64,000 nucleotides of DNA from Balanoglossus misakiensis (taxonomy: Eukaryota > Animalia > Hemichordata): contig CM082579.2 of assembly GCA_040954595.2 (NCBI GenBank), forward strand, positions 10,095,625 through 10,159,624, written 5' to 3'. Positions 25,901 to 40,000 of the stretch are shown in pieces (positions within the stretch are counted from its first letter, which is position 1; the number at the start of each line of letters is the position of its first letter). The notes beneath the pieces are model-generated. The model did not search any database. It saw only the letters and a list, made by a program, of their open reading frames with translations, and was not told the DNA's origin. A program made the position numbers and the translations under genes.

Positions 25901-28900
25901 AATGGGAACAATTTATTATTACTTACAACATTACCACCTATCAGTTTTATTAAGCAACATCTTTGTATGTACATAGAAGCCAATGGTATAACATGTTACT
26001 AAGTACACTCATTGTAAGTAACACTTAAAGTGAAAGACAAAACAAAGAAGCATTGCCACATGAAAAATTAGTTGCTGACCGAAAATTAAAAACATTTTTC
26101 ATTCTCTTTTCTTTCTTTCTTTAAAAAAATTGTAACAATTTCATTGGGTTCTTGTGAACTTATTTTGAAGACTTTCCAAATGACTTTACAATATATACAT
26201 GTCTTTTCAAACACTGACTTTGACATGAACTACCATTCGAAATTAGGGAGAACGCTTTGTGGGCTAATACACTTGGCCAGTATAGAATTAAAGTGCTGAA
26301 GTGCTTGAAGCACAAATATTCTGGGTACATGTGGTGGGTACATCATGAATTAGTGTGTAGTGCTCATGGAAATGATCAAGGATGATTAAAATCCTGGGGA
26401 AAATATGCTGTGATTCATCTATCAGTGCTTGTACACTTGCTGCAATCTCATATTCCTCCAAGCTCAGCTAAAATGAAAAACTCACCATGTACGGCGATGT
26501 AATCAATGCACATTGAAACTAGAATTGGTACATTCTCTGCTGTTAACTGCTGTTCATGTAGATTTCTACCACTTTTCTGTAGAATGAAAAGTTAAAAACT
26601 TATTAGAAACTGCGAGGGTTGGACATTGAATGGTGAAAAGTCTATTACAGCAATTCTGTATCCTGGTTCTGTCAATGTTTCTTTTATGCCAATGTTTTAT
26701 TTCACGGAATTGTCTTTGTGCGTATTACTTACCATTGACGCAGCTTTGATGGCAGCAAACCATTCCTCATTCTCCTGTTTTGTGTCACTATGGAAATACA
26801 ATGTCCTGTGAATACAGAAAGAGTAATAAGGGCATGTCGGGTTTTAAACACAGAGTCTGATATGAGCTAGTTTTCATTTATTTCTTGCCTGCCACACACA
26901 TGACGAGGTGCATAAAATAAAAGCATTTGCAAAATGCTAGAAGTTTACAGTTGTCTTGCAGAAGAATTTGATGAAACTTTGTGAGTAGTGGGTACTAAAG
27001 TGAACTCAGGAAACTGAGAAAATTGTCTGGTTTGCAGGAGTTTGTTTTTTGCAGGTTTCTCAAGTGTAGGTCTGGAAAGGTGTTGAGAATAGACAGGCTT
27101 TTCTTGTGGAAGAAATGCAGAGTATGATGAGTGGATCAACTCCATGAAACAGACTTTGATCAGCCGATAAAACTCACCTGCCCGGCATTACAACAGCACT
27201 GACATTACTTGCTCCCTCTGCTGTCATTTCACTTGTGACCTCAGTTTGGGCAGCTGCAATGTGGTGACACGAAAAAAAGGAATAATTAGTCTTTATCTTA
27301 AGAGTGAGTGAGTGAGTGAGTGAGTGAGTGAGTGAGTGAGTGAGTGAGTGAGTGAAAGGATGCATGGATGTGAGTGTGTGTAACTTATATGTTCACACAT
27401 ATGTGTGTACATAACACGTAACTACATGTATGTCTGTAATATGTATGCATGTATGTATGTATGTATGTATGTATGTATGTATGTATGTATGTATGTATGA
27501 ACATGTATGTATGTATGTATGTATGTATGTATGTATGTATGTATGTATGTATGTATGTATGTATGTATGTATGTATGTACATGTATGTATGTATGTATGT
27601 ACATGTATGTATGTATGTACATGTATGTATGTATGTATGTATGTATGTATGTATGTATGTATGTATTATGTATGTATGTATGTATGTACATGTATGTATG
27701 TACATGTATGTATGTATGTATGTATGTATGTATGTATGTATGTACATGTATGTATGTATGTATGTATGTATGTATGTATGTATGTATGTATTATGTATGT
27801 ATGTATGTATGTACATGTATGTATGTACATGTATGTATGTATGTATGTATGTATGTATGTATGTATGTATGTATGTATGTATGTATGTATGTATGTATGT
27901 ATGTATGTACATGTATGTATGTATGTATGTATGTATGTATGTATGTATGTATGTATTATGTATGTATGTATGTATGTACATGTATGTATGTATGTATGTA
28001 TGTATGTATGTATGAATGTATGTATGTATGTATGTATGTATGTATGTATGTATGTATGTATGTATGTATGTATGTATGTATGTATGTGCCTATGCTTGTA
28101 CTCACACATGTATATACATTACATATATACATACATACATGCATACACACACGCAAGCATACATATATATGTACTTATTATCTGAAACAAATACTCACAT
28201 AGGTTTATAAGTTTCCTGAGATCCAGGGTTTCCATAGCCATAAGTACAGCAGAGAAATACATGAACCATTTTCCTTTCAGGATGAACCAGGTTTTCTGCC
28301 AATGCTGAAAACAAAACAATGGTGGAATTTGTAGTTTGAGATTTTGGTAAACTAGATGACCTTAATATGAGATTTATGTAAATCAGATCATCTTAACTTT
28401 TTAGTCTGATTGCAATTTTTCTACACACTTATCTTTCAATGAAAACATGTGAACATCAAATTTGAAATTTAAAACAAAATATTAAAACCTGATGTATGCT
28501 ATTGAAATTGAACACAAAAAATTGCTCATATCATTGGAATCAAACAAAATTCAACCAAACATTGCTACATTACTTACACCAGCAGCACTTTCTTTCATGT
28601 ACAGAGTTCCAGCTCTGTCAAAATTCTGTGAAAAATAAAACAACATTCTGTATTCAGTAAAACTTTAAAAGTACAGAGACTGTTTTAATATAAATAATGG
28701 ACACTTTCACTTCATGTTTGATACAATACACCGTTTATGTTATTCTACATGTGGATATATAGTGAATCAACGTTCGACCACACACAAATTCCACCCCATT
28801 ACATTTCTGAAAACTAACCTCAAGATCGTCCCACACACAAGCTGGTGCTATACTCTGTAATAAGGCAAAAAATTTGCTCCATGAAATATGCTGAACATCA

Positions 28901-31900
28901 TATGGATATGTTACACATAAGGTTGAGACAAAAGCACCATAAATGTTGTCAGTATCAGAATACAATCATTTAAAACATATGATTCCAATATTTTGAAAGA
29001 CACCTCATTTTCTTTAGTTTCCATGACAACAAAGTATTCAAGAAATAATTCACACTACTTGACCAACCTTTGTAATTGTTTTGATCCACTGTCTTTGGTG
29101 GATCTGTCTGTCTGCACTGAACAAGTACGTTCTGCCAGTAATGGTACCAATTTCAAAACAATAACTATGCCTGGAAGAAGAAAACCAACAGTTTGTCAAA
29201 AAACGTGTATTTCAGATGATTATAGGAATATCTAAATGAAATTGATTTTGCTACAACTAAAGGATAATGGCATGGAAAACTTTGTTGCAATCAGTCCATA
29301 AAAAACTGTGTACCCATACAATTCTAGCTGTTTGCTGACTTACCCAAGCCTGATTGCAATATTTGGGTTGGTACATGATACACTAAGTATATCACGAGCT
29401 TCGATTGTATTTTTGGCAGCTGTTGCCTGTCAACAAAAAAATGCAAAAAACTAAAATTTGCCAAGAACCCACATGCACACAGGGTTGGCTGTTTCTTTCT
29501 CACTTTCAACAGTAGGTGGTGCCATACTCAAATGGCCAAATATTAAACTTTCATTTTGAGGGTGTTTATTTGACAAAAGCACCTGTACATGTAAGCTATA
29601 TATGTTGTTTGTATATGTAACAAAGCCTTGGGTATCAACATCCTGGTTATTCAGGCCAATTTCATGACCTTACACCCTGACTTTTTTTGGTAAGACATCA
29701 AACAACATTAAATGTTACATATAACATTCACCCTTTTGAAACAGACGAAATGTACTCAAAATGGTTAAAGGTATACAGTCACCTATGGAAAATTAGCTAT
29801 AGTTACCATGGCAAATTGAGATCTAAGAGCGCCACCATATGTTCTTTAGAACGCTCAAATACGCCATTTCAGCCATATATGGTCATATGTAAATTGGAAG
29901 GGACTCTATACCTTTAACTCACTCATACCAACAAAATGCCAGGATGTAAGGGTCACACACATGTAGTGGTCCTAAAAGCTACTTTTCTGGCAACCAACCA
30001 ATCACAGTTGCACAGCACCGAAGACATATGAACAAATGCCCTGATTTCTGCACATCGGCAATGACATCCGCGTGGGCGTTAGATAACATACCTTGTCATC
30101 AACATAGTAAGTAAAAGCACCATTTTCGAACTTGCACCATCTCTTCTGAAATTCTGTAAAAGTGCACACAGACAGAAATCCAGAAAACTACCTGTAATAC
30201 TTGTATTTGCAGAATCAGTAAAATTATTGCAAAAATGCAATTCCACAAATGCACGTTCATCAAAATGGTCATTACTGGCCCATGACAACTGAACATCTGG
30301 CCAGGAACCAATCAATGCACAGCGGTCTGATTCAACAGGTGTAAATTGTTAACATCAATCTGTTGATGCTAGGACAGATCAGAATGCATCTGTGCGCATG
30401 TGGTTCGAAGATTACAGTTTTTCCCCCATTGTTCAAAGTTACAATTCTGATGGTGAGAAAATTTTGAATGATCACAGTCCTGTCACCACATCACCACCCA
30501 TATGCCAGCAATGGTATAGCGCGATTGACATTCTAAAATCAAAATGACTGACATTCACTAGCATTGCTTACCTTTCCTTGTACTGCCTGTCTTGTATAGA
30601 AACCCTGTATAGTTGAGGTCGTGAGGATCTGATTGTCCATAGCCGACCGGTGGATTTTGGGGAGGTGTGTGTTGAGTTGTAGGTTCTACTTTTTGTTCTA
30701 CATTGGGACTGTCACTTGTGACGGAAGATGGAGTTGAAACTAGAAGGAAGAGGATTTATAAAAATGAAGGATTTCAATGATCTGATGAAGGGTAGTCTAT
30801 TTAGTGACACTGACTACAAGGGTAGTCCATAAAGTGGAGTTGACTACTAACAAGGCCATAATCAGAGATGAGTTTTGCTTTGTATATATCTTTTTCCCCT
30901 GTGACAAAAACTTGGAATTTTGGGGATAGTTTTCACCGCAACCTTGAAGATGTCGTCCTGTGCACAATAGGTTTCCCGATATTATTTTCATATTAAAATA
31001 ACAATAGACCTGTATGATTATATCACACCAATGATACATCTTTGTGATTAAGTTATATCATGCTTTTAAATTTTACACTATCCATGGCAAAAAAAAGACA
31101 CTTCTACAATAGGGTACTAACCTCCAGTGTTTTGGCTTAGAAATTCCTAAATTGGAGAAAAGAACACAGAAAGAAGGTTATTTTGCAGCTGCTATGGTTG
31201 AATTAGATTTATTCTCTGTGCAACTTAATACGTTTTAAAACTTTGTACAAAATCAGCCAACATCTCTAAGCAGGTTTAGTATTACCAATGATAAACCTGG
31301 TTGTAATGTTTCACAACTTGATGAATAGAAATCTTACCATGATCAGTGGTTGATTATTCTCCTTGGCAACTTCAATAGCTGAGAATAGAATATTTGATAA
31401 AATCCAATTAAAAATCCCATACACACCAGAAGAGCATTATGAGGGGAATACACTGGATATGTTAGAAATCAGCCAAAACTTGTCTGTGGTTATTCAAATT
31501 CCATAATTTTTGTCTGCTTGAAGTTCATCTGATGTTTCTTTTATAAATTACTGCATTATTAAGACTAAATCAGCACTGAGGCTCTTATATGTAAATTGGT
31601 TATCAGTATGGTACAATGTTGGCCTGAATAGTTGTTTATTTTTACAATATATTAAAATTGAAACTGAAGTATACATGTACATTCATTTATATGTATTCCC
31701 TTGTCTGTTACAACATTTACAAATCTTTCACTGTCTGTTACAAAAGCAGCTGAGCAAAGTGACTCCCCAAGTATGCATTTATTCAGCAGTGATACACAAT
31801 ACTATCAGTATAAGACAATAAATATTGTTGCAAATTACCATAGTACAGGATAATCTAAGAGAGGCTATTCCAAACGAATTTGGGTATACATGTATTGTGC

Positions 31901-34900
31901 AAGACACCATAAGTCATGAAGGCAAAAGATGTACATGTATGTATACTCCTTACCTGTTACACCTGTTTCATTTGAATTTGGCTGTAAATGGTAAAATAAA
32001 AGATAAAAAAATTATCATTCAAAGTTTAAGGACAGTTGATGCAAGTTTGATAAAAAATATCAATACAAAAAATGCTGTCATGACAGCCCTTGTGATAGGG
32101 GGCCATCGGCAACTGTCGGTGTAAAGGTAATATTTTGTAACTTAAAAGTGACATTTATGAGAGGGAACCTGGTATTTAATAACCAAGTCTCATTGATGGT
32201 ACATGCTTCTGTATTGTGTTACTCAGAATGGAAAGGGAGAGATGTCTACAATATATTGTGTGTACAAAGTTTTAAATCAAAGCTTTAACACATGCCAAGG
32301 TCACCAGTCTGCCAGAAGTTAATTGTTTCAAATGAGCAAATATGGAACAAACTACATGTACTGTATTATGAAAATCATTTAGGGAATAATGTACACCCCA
32401 AAGACCCATAATGGAGTACAATATGTGCTTGAGTCCATTATGGGTCTTTGGGGTGTACATTATATGAGGTTATTACGAAAATACCGCAAAGTATGCACGA
32501 GGACATTAGCGCTGAGTATCGCCCGACGCGTAGCGGAGGGCGATGCGCTGCGCTAATGTCCGAGTGCATACTTTGCGGTATTTTCGTAATAACCTTATTA
32601 TTATACATCTTACATCTCCGTTAGTTCTTGTGTTGCATGTTACTTGGCTTTCAAAACGCCCAAAATGCCGATACAATCGATCGAAAACCGCTCAGTTGAC
32701 TCAGTGAGCAGCCATCTTTCTTTTTTGTTTACGTGTGCGCACGTGCGTTGGAATGCGGGCGCCTTGAAACCGTTCGCATAACAGCGCATACCTGTACACG
32801 GTGAGTTTGGGGCGCCTTGAAACTAAGGCTTATTTAACGCGCGTTCCGTACGTACCGTTCCGTACGGCTTTTTATTGCACGCCAAAATCTATTGTTCTCG
32901 GCACTAGATGTATAATAATTCTTATTATTTTATAGTTTTGTCAATGCCAGTGAATTTGCAGACTTCAAAATGTAATAATGTACAGCTATGATGTCACAAA
33001 ATTCACTGGTATTGATAAAGCTATAATACAATAAAGAATATTGTATCATTGCTTCAGGCAGAAAAAACTAGTTGGCTGTTTTCCTGGCAAATGGCTGATT
33101 CATCTACCATGTATGTCAATGACATGACATCATGTACACAACATATTAAATGTGCTGTGCACTTCCTGGTTCTCAGAGGTCACTTGTAAGCATAGAATAT
33201 CAACATTCTTTAAATATCACTGATTCATATGCATGTGAGCTATATACCATAACTATGGAAATAGCATTGAGTAATTTCCACTCTCAAAACCTTGGAAAAT
33301 CACTTTATTGTAAAGTGATTTACTTAATACATAGTAATAGTTTTCAGCTTGACATTTTTAACGGTCACAACATTCATATTTATAATTATACTAAACTTGT
33401 TAATTTCATGGTTGTCCATTTCAATACACATCTATGTTGTGTATATGTATATATGCACTTAAGAGACCTTTGAGAAAGAAAGGGATGGGAGAGACAGAGA
33501 GACAAACAGAGAGTGATGGAGAGACAGACAGAGACAGCAGACATACAGATGCAGACGGAGAAAGACAGGCAGACAAATGAAGAGAGAGAATAAAGATATG
33601 AAAACTTACATCAGCTCCTGAGAATACCATATGTGCCACATCTAAGAGACAGTCATCGGATGTTGCCGCTGCGATCAACGCCTGAATAGTGGAGCGGAAA
33701 ACCCAAAACTGAAATTAGCTTTCACTTCTTGTCGCGACTGTCAAAACTTAAGATGGCCAAATGTCAACCTACTACTGAGCAAGTCAACCATGGTACAATA
33801 TCAAGTTGGATTCGACAGAAAGCTGTCAAAGACACAGTGATGAGGCTGACATGCTGTGTTTAATGGGTGACACATGCCATAGCTGTTCAGTTGGGCTGGT
33901 GTGTATCCTGTTGGTTGGTGACCTAGTTTCCTCTTTTAACGACACAAAAGGGTCGGAGTTCAGTCCCGCACAGATTTGGTGACCAAGTCCCACACACCAC
34001 AGACACATGGCACTCTTACATATCATTTTTCAGCTGTTATATTTATGCCAATACATATATGTAAGGGTTATGTTTGTTGAAATAAACTACAGAGGTGTCA
34101 AGAATATAGGAAGTTTTACATAGCACAAATGGAATTATTCATAACAATGATGTTTTTTAAAATTATTAATTGCAACTGATCCACTTATGTATCTGAGATT
34201 TGGCCATGACCAAGGAATATTCCAACCAAGATTTTTCGATGCAAAAGAGTCTTGGACAGGCAAATACAAGAAACAGTAATCTGGATTTGAAAATAACAGT
34301 TTTACCTCTTGTCAAAAGATAATTATTTGTCATATGTGACAGTCTTGATTTTAATACCACTCATTTGCTTGTGACATTAAAGAAAAGAGACCAACAAATA
34401 TAGCTGTTTACCATATATATAGATGTACTATTTATTTTATCTATTACTTTTTTAGCTTTGTAGATGTTTTTTAGTGTAATTGCCAGTTTTTGAAACTAAT
34501 TACTATGGACGGTTGTGTCTGAAATAAAGATTAATGATAATAATAGCATGCAACTAGACTATCTCAAGATCAATTTACTGCTGAAATTCGTATGTAACAA
34601 AATATATACAGTCTGAGTTAGTGATTCAGATTTGAAGGAAGAGGTCTGTGGCTTTGGCAGACTACTTGTTGGAGAAACTTCAAGCTAACATGTCATATAT
34701 ATTTTTTTCATGAATATTTATCAGCTCTGAGATGACCTTTCAACTTTGAGCAACTGACTGAACCTGCATGGTTTGGGAACAAAAGTAATTGATACACTTT
34801 GACCTGTGGCGACCCTGTGCGTCTAAATGAGAGAAAAATTATCGTTGTTGGGTTGGTGTTTGCATGGCAAATACATTAGCCATTTCTGATCTTTGTGGCT

Positions 34901-37000
34901 ATAAATGAAAATTTGGGAAGCATCATGTTAACAGAACAAAGAAATGTTCTTGGATTGCAATGAGCTGTATTATGGTTTTAAGGGTAAACCAGCACTCCAC
35001 AATGAAAATAACCATCAATGAACAGTTTGAGGTTCAAGCAAAGGTTTGTATGAATGAGACACAACATTGGCTAAACCATGAAGTGTTCGCACCACTGTTG
35101 GGTCAGTATTATAAATGAAACTAAAGGGCATGGAAGTGAGGTAACAGGAAGACCTTCCTCTACAGTTCATCACAGAGCATATTATTTCATGTATTAACTT
35201 CCTTAAACATGTAATATTTACACTAAAACAGGCAGTTTTTTGTGTAATAGTTTTCACATGCTGAAATAACCACAGATGTATAGTCAAGTGATTGTGCAGG
35301 AGAAATTTTGTGTCAGTAGAATTTTTCAGGATTGTTTTAATATTACTTGGGATTATTTCTTATTTATACAGCACAGAATATGGTCTGTCAGAATTAAAAG
35401 ATTATGATTCATGGCTGGAGTGAGTTTCTGACCTATTGCCTCGACTGTATAATTTCTACTGTATGAAGTGAATATTGCAGATTTTAATAAAACACAACAT
35501 CAATAATACAGGAACATTTTTCTTTGCAACATTGCAACAGCAAGCCATGTCAGACTGGGTGGGTGGGTGGGGGGGGGGGCATTTTTGGCAATGGGCCAGT
35601 CTCGATGAATGTAAAGCTATTTTTGGCTCCAAAACATAATTTTTATGTCTTTCACTTGTTTCGTGCCTCCCTTGGCTGTGAAATTGTATTCTTAGTTTTT
35701 ATAGTCAGACTGATTGACCTCACATGCACATGCTGTCTCTATACACCCATACGCCATTGTTATCAAAACTCCATTGTTTATGGTCTAAATCAAAACTTCA
35801 ATATTTACCTCATTCAGAGCATCAAATCCATCTCTCATAAGAATACCATGAGGCTTGAAAAGTTGCTTCTGCCGGTACTTTTTCTCGATGTAAATTCTCC
35901 GATGGTCCCTGGATTTTAATAACGAAGCACAATACAGCAATTGTGTAGTTCAGACTCAGTCAGGATCTGTACATATCTATTCTTATCAAACATTATTTTA
36001 AGGGTCAGTTAATGATTACAGGTGCTTGAAACATTTCTCTTTACCCATTTATTGACATTTCATTTATCATAGCAGGCAACACTATGCCTATAGGACTCAA
36101 CATAAATGCACACACACAACAATAATGGGATGACAAGTACAGGGAACTAACTAACAGCCATTTCAACAGTATGGCTATAATTGTGGTCTATGATTGAATA
36201 TTACTCAGTTACCAGTGACCTGCATGACTGCAAAATTTTAACAGGGTGGCTAATCTGCCTAATTTATGCATAAATTGTTGAAATAATACTGAAATTTCAT
36301 ACCATGATTAAAGTATCGCCAAGCCCTCCCTATTACTACCCTTGAGGTAGTGGCACCATGTGCATACATTTAAGTACCAGACAGCTACCACGCACTATGC
36401 ATGTATACTGAATAACAATAGTCTATAACATCACTTACTTCTCGGCTGTGGGTTTGATCTTGAATTCCGAACTGTTTGGTTTTCCTTCCCAAATTGAATT
36501 AAAATTTGAGTTTCCAATTTTCAGTAAAAGCTATAAGATATAAATGCAAACAAATGTCAGAACTTCAGTCAAATTTTACTCAAGAAAAAAAAAATTAATT
36601 CAGACATAATAAGGAATCGGGATACATGTATGGAGCGCCAAATAATTTTCATTACTTCAGCTAAATGGAATATTTGCAATAGGATTTCACATACCTGTTG
36701 CACAGTCTGGGCAAGGTCATCCATCCTCAGAGATCTGACCTTAGATATTTCTACACCTAAACCACGATGGTGCCCTATACATAGCAAAATACAAAAAAAT
36801 ATGTTTCAGGTTCAACCAGTAAATTCTCATTACAATTTATACTCTCACTTTAATTAACTCCATGGTTTATATTTCGTTTTGCTGAACATAGTTTTCTAAA
36901 ACAATGCATGCAAACATTTATGTCCTAGAGTAACATTCATACTCTTTTGTCGTGTGTTTAAACATGTCCTGATAATGACTCCTGCCTGGACAATGAGAGT

Positions 37001-37046
<46 letters not shown>

Positions 37047-40000
37047 CAAACAAACATACACAGCAGTCAGACAGAAACATAATGGAAACAGAGAGAGGAA
37101 GACACACAGACAAACAGACAGACAGCCTGACTAACAAACAAACAAACAAACACACAGCAGACAGACACACAAGACAGAAAGACCAAACTGCATGACCAGA
37201 ACCCGATTCTGACTGATGTTCTCATTGAGGTCTCCGGCTGATGAGGACAAGCCTGTCTTACCTGCACACTGTTTACAAAACACAACACAGAGATTGATTG
37301 ATGTCCAGTCTGGATCTGTGAAAAACAAGAGCAGCGAATCAACACAGGGTCAAAACAACCTTTCATGGATACTAATGCTTGATGATGTTTAACAAAGAAA
37401 TGGAAAAGAAGTCTATCTACACCATATAAAAAGTTCCATGCATGACAATATCCAAAATATATCCACTGAGTGACTACCAAAGGTACAGAATTCCTGCATC
37501 TTTTTCAAAATAATGCACACTATAGAGTACAATAATCTTTCCCTGAAATTGATAATCATAGTCAAGAGGTCAACATTTAATACTGTCAACTCATACTTAC
37601 TTTCAGCCCCACAGTCAGCACAGAATCTATTGCTTGGATTCTGCCGCACATACAGCAATGTCTACAAAATAAATCATCCATAATATGGAAGAACATTAGC
37701 ATTCAAGACAAAACACTCAGCACATAACATAATGATTGTCAATAGTGACCCGTGACCATATCGGTTGAATAGTATTTTATCTTTTTTTGTTCCAATATTC
37801 CTATGTCTATAATTTTTCATTCAATAAAATAAATCAATTACAATCAATTACAATGACAATTTAGCTCAATGAGATTCAAAGCGTATACAAAGAATAATTC
37901 AAGAATTATAGTTACTTTTGGATCTCCTAAGCCCTCTGCAATAGCTTCATTCATCGCCCGAGCCCAACTTTTCATTTCGTCATTGCTTTCAAATGTCAGC
38001 CTGTATAATAAGAGAAAATTTTCTCGATAAATTGGCATGTAGTAGTGATGGAAATGCAGTGATACAAATGGGTCATGACCTACTTAATATGTGAGCACGC
38101 GATCACGGTATAACTTACTAGTAATATAACACAAACTAAAATACCATCCATGAAATTCTATAGTACACATCATGTTAATCAAAATGAATGTCATCAATTT
38201 TTGCCACTCTTGCAAAACTACAAAGACTGCATTCCATTTTTCCGCACAATGAATGAACGTCATCAAACTCAGCTAAAAAAATTGAACTTGGATATGGAGA
38301 GCATGCAATGCATTGTGGAACTGCAAATACATATCATCACAAACTTCACTTCATTAATCAGTGTTTTTATTCTAGAAATCATGGTGCCTCAATACTCATA
38401 CAGAACAAAAAGGTTGTGTGTGAAAAATTAGAAACAGGGAGAGGATACTTACGTCTGTTGCTGGTATGCTGTCACCAGTGTAAGTTTTTTGTTCTGCGGA
38501 TCTTTTACTGTTGCTATCTTCATTTCTATTTCACTGATTGGAGAAGCACCTTTATAATCCTGTCAGAAAATGAAACAAATGTGCATATGTATATTTCAGC
38601 GAGACTTTTGTTAATTAAAGGTAATACAGTCACCTCGAATTTACATATGCCCATATATTGCTGAAATGGCGTATTTGAGCGTTCTAAAGAACATATGGTG
38701 GAGCTCTTTTTTTCATGTGTACACCCACTGAAAATCTGTGATTGGCCAGATCTCAATTTGCCATGGCAACTATAGCTAATTTTCCATTGGTGACCTCACT
38801 GTCATAGTTCATAATAAATCACAGGAATTGAGGTGACTGATTTTCTGTGGTTCCCACATACACCACTCCCATGTAATATATCATGACATTGTCTAACTAT
38901 ACTAACCTCTTGAGTTACATAGTAGCAAAGCACAGCTCCCTTTATTGCCATGTATCTACAAGTAAAAATATAACAATTAAAAACATTTCCAAAAATCACC
39001 CAGTATATCAGAAAAACAACATGATAATCATACCAGTCTCATTTGCCATGATTTCATTCTGATATGCAGTCATATTTGAAAATCAGTATTTGGTCTTCTG
39101 TCTCCATAAATCATATTTTCATGAACAAGATTTTCATTAGATGTGTTGCCATGACAACAGCAAAGACCAGTAGTTCTGAATCTGAGTGATAAATATTTAA
39201 ATATGTACATAGAAACAGTTGCCAATACCTTTTCTCACTGTCAATCTTCACAGGACCCTGTTTGGAAGCAAGAGATTTTCACTTCAGATATAACAAAATG
39301 TATGATTTGCATCAAAAAGTTAACTTCAAGAACATCAAAGATATCGGAAAAGATAGAGTAAGATGGATAATAAACACTTCATGCTTTCAGATCTCTATTA
39401 TTACTAAACATATAAACTGTAATTTGTAAAGGCATACATGTTGATGTTTTACAGATTTATTTTATTCTCAAGATTCATGACATAACCAAATCTGAAGCAA
39501 TATAGTAGCACAAAGGATAATAATATACTTACCTCCTTGTCAGGATTAAACATGTCTCCTCCCTCTGGAAAACCGCCCTCTGGTGGCTGTGAAAACAAAA
39601 TGCACAATCTTATTAATATCGTACTTCATTATGAAATATATCAAAATTCAACAACACCCACAATTTACAATGACAGCTTACAATCAATGTTATATCCTGG
39701 CAAATGTTCAAGCCAGTTTTGGTTGGGGGAGGTTAAAGAAAATCTTTGGAAGCAATGTGTAGAGTTTTCTTTTATTCTGAAACTTTCTGTTGAATCAGTA
39801 GTTCAGTTTTCATGTACAACTTTAACTGTACATAAATGTAGCTGTAACATTTGTACAAACTGTAACAATGAAACTGAGCATTTTGGAAAGTTGGTGCATT
39901 GATGGCTTTTGTGATATTCAATTTTGTGTAGCAGTCACAGGTATGGGGGAATAAAGATGCAAATTAAGCTTGACTGAGAAATGCAACTGACAAACAATTA

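Noticed and set aside
27385-28210. Long ORFs (up to 251 aa) of MYVC/HTYI repeats
   Set aside because: Artefacts of the stop-free (TATG)n microsatellite.
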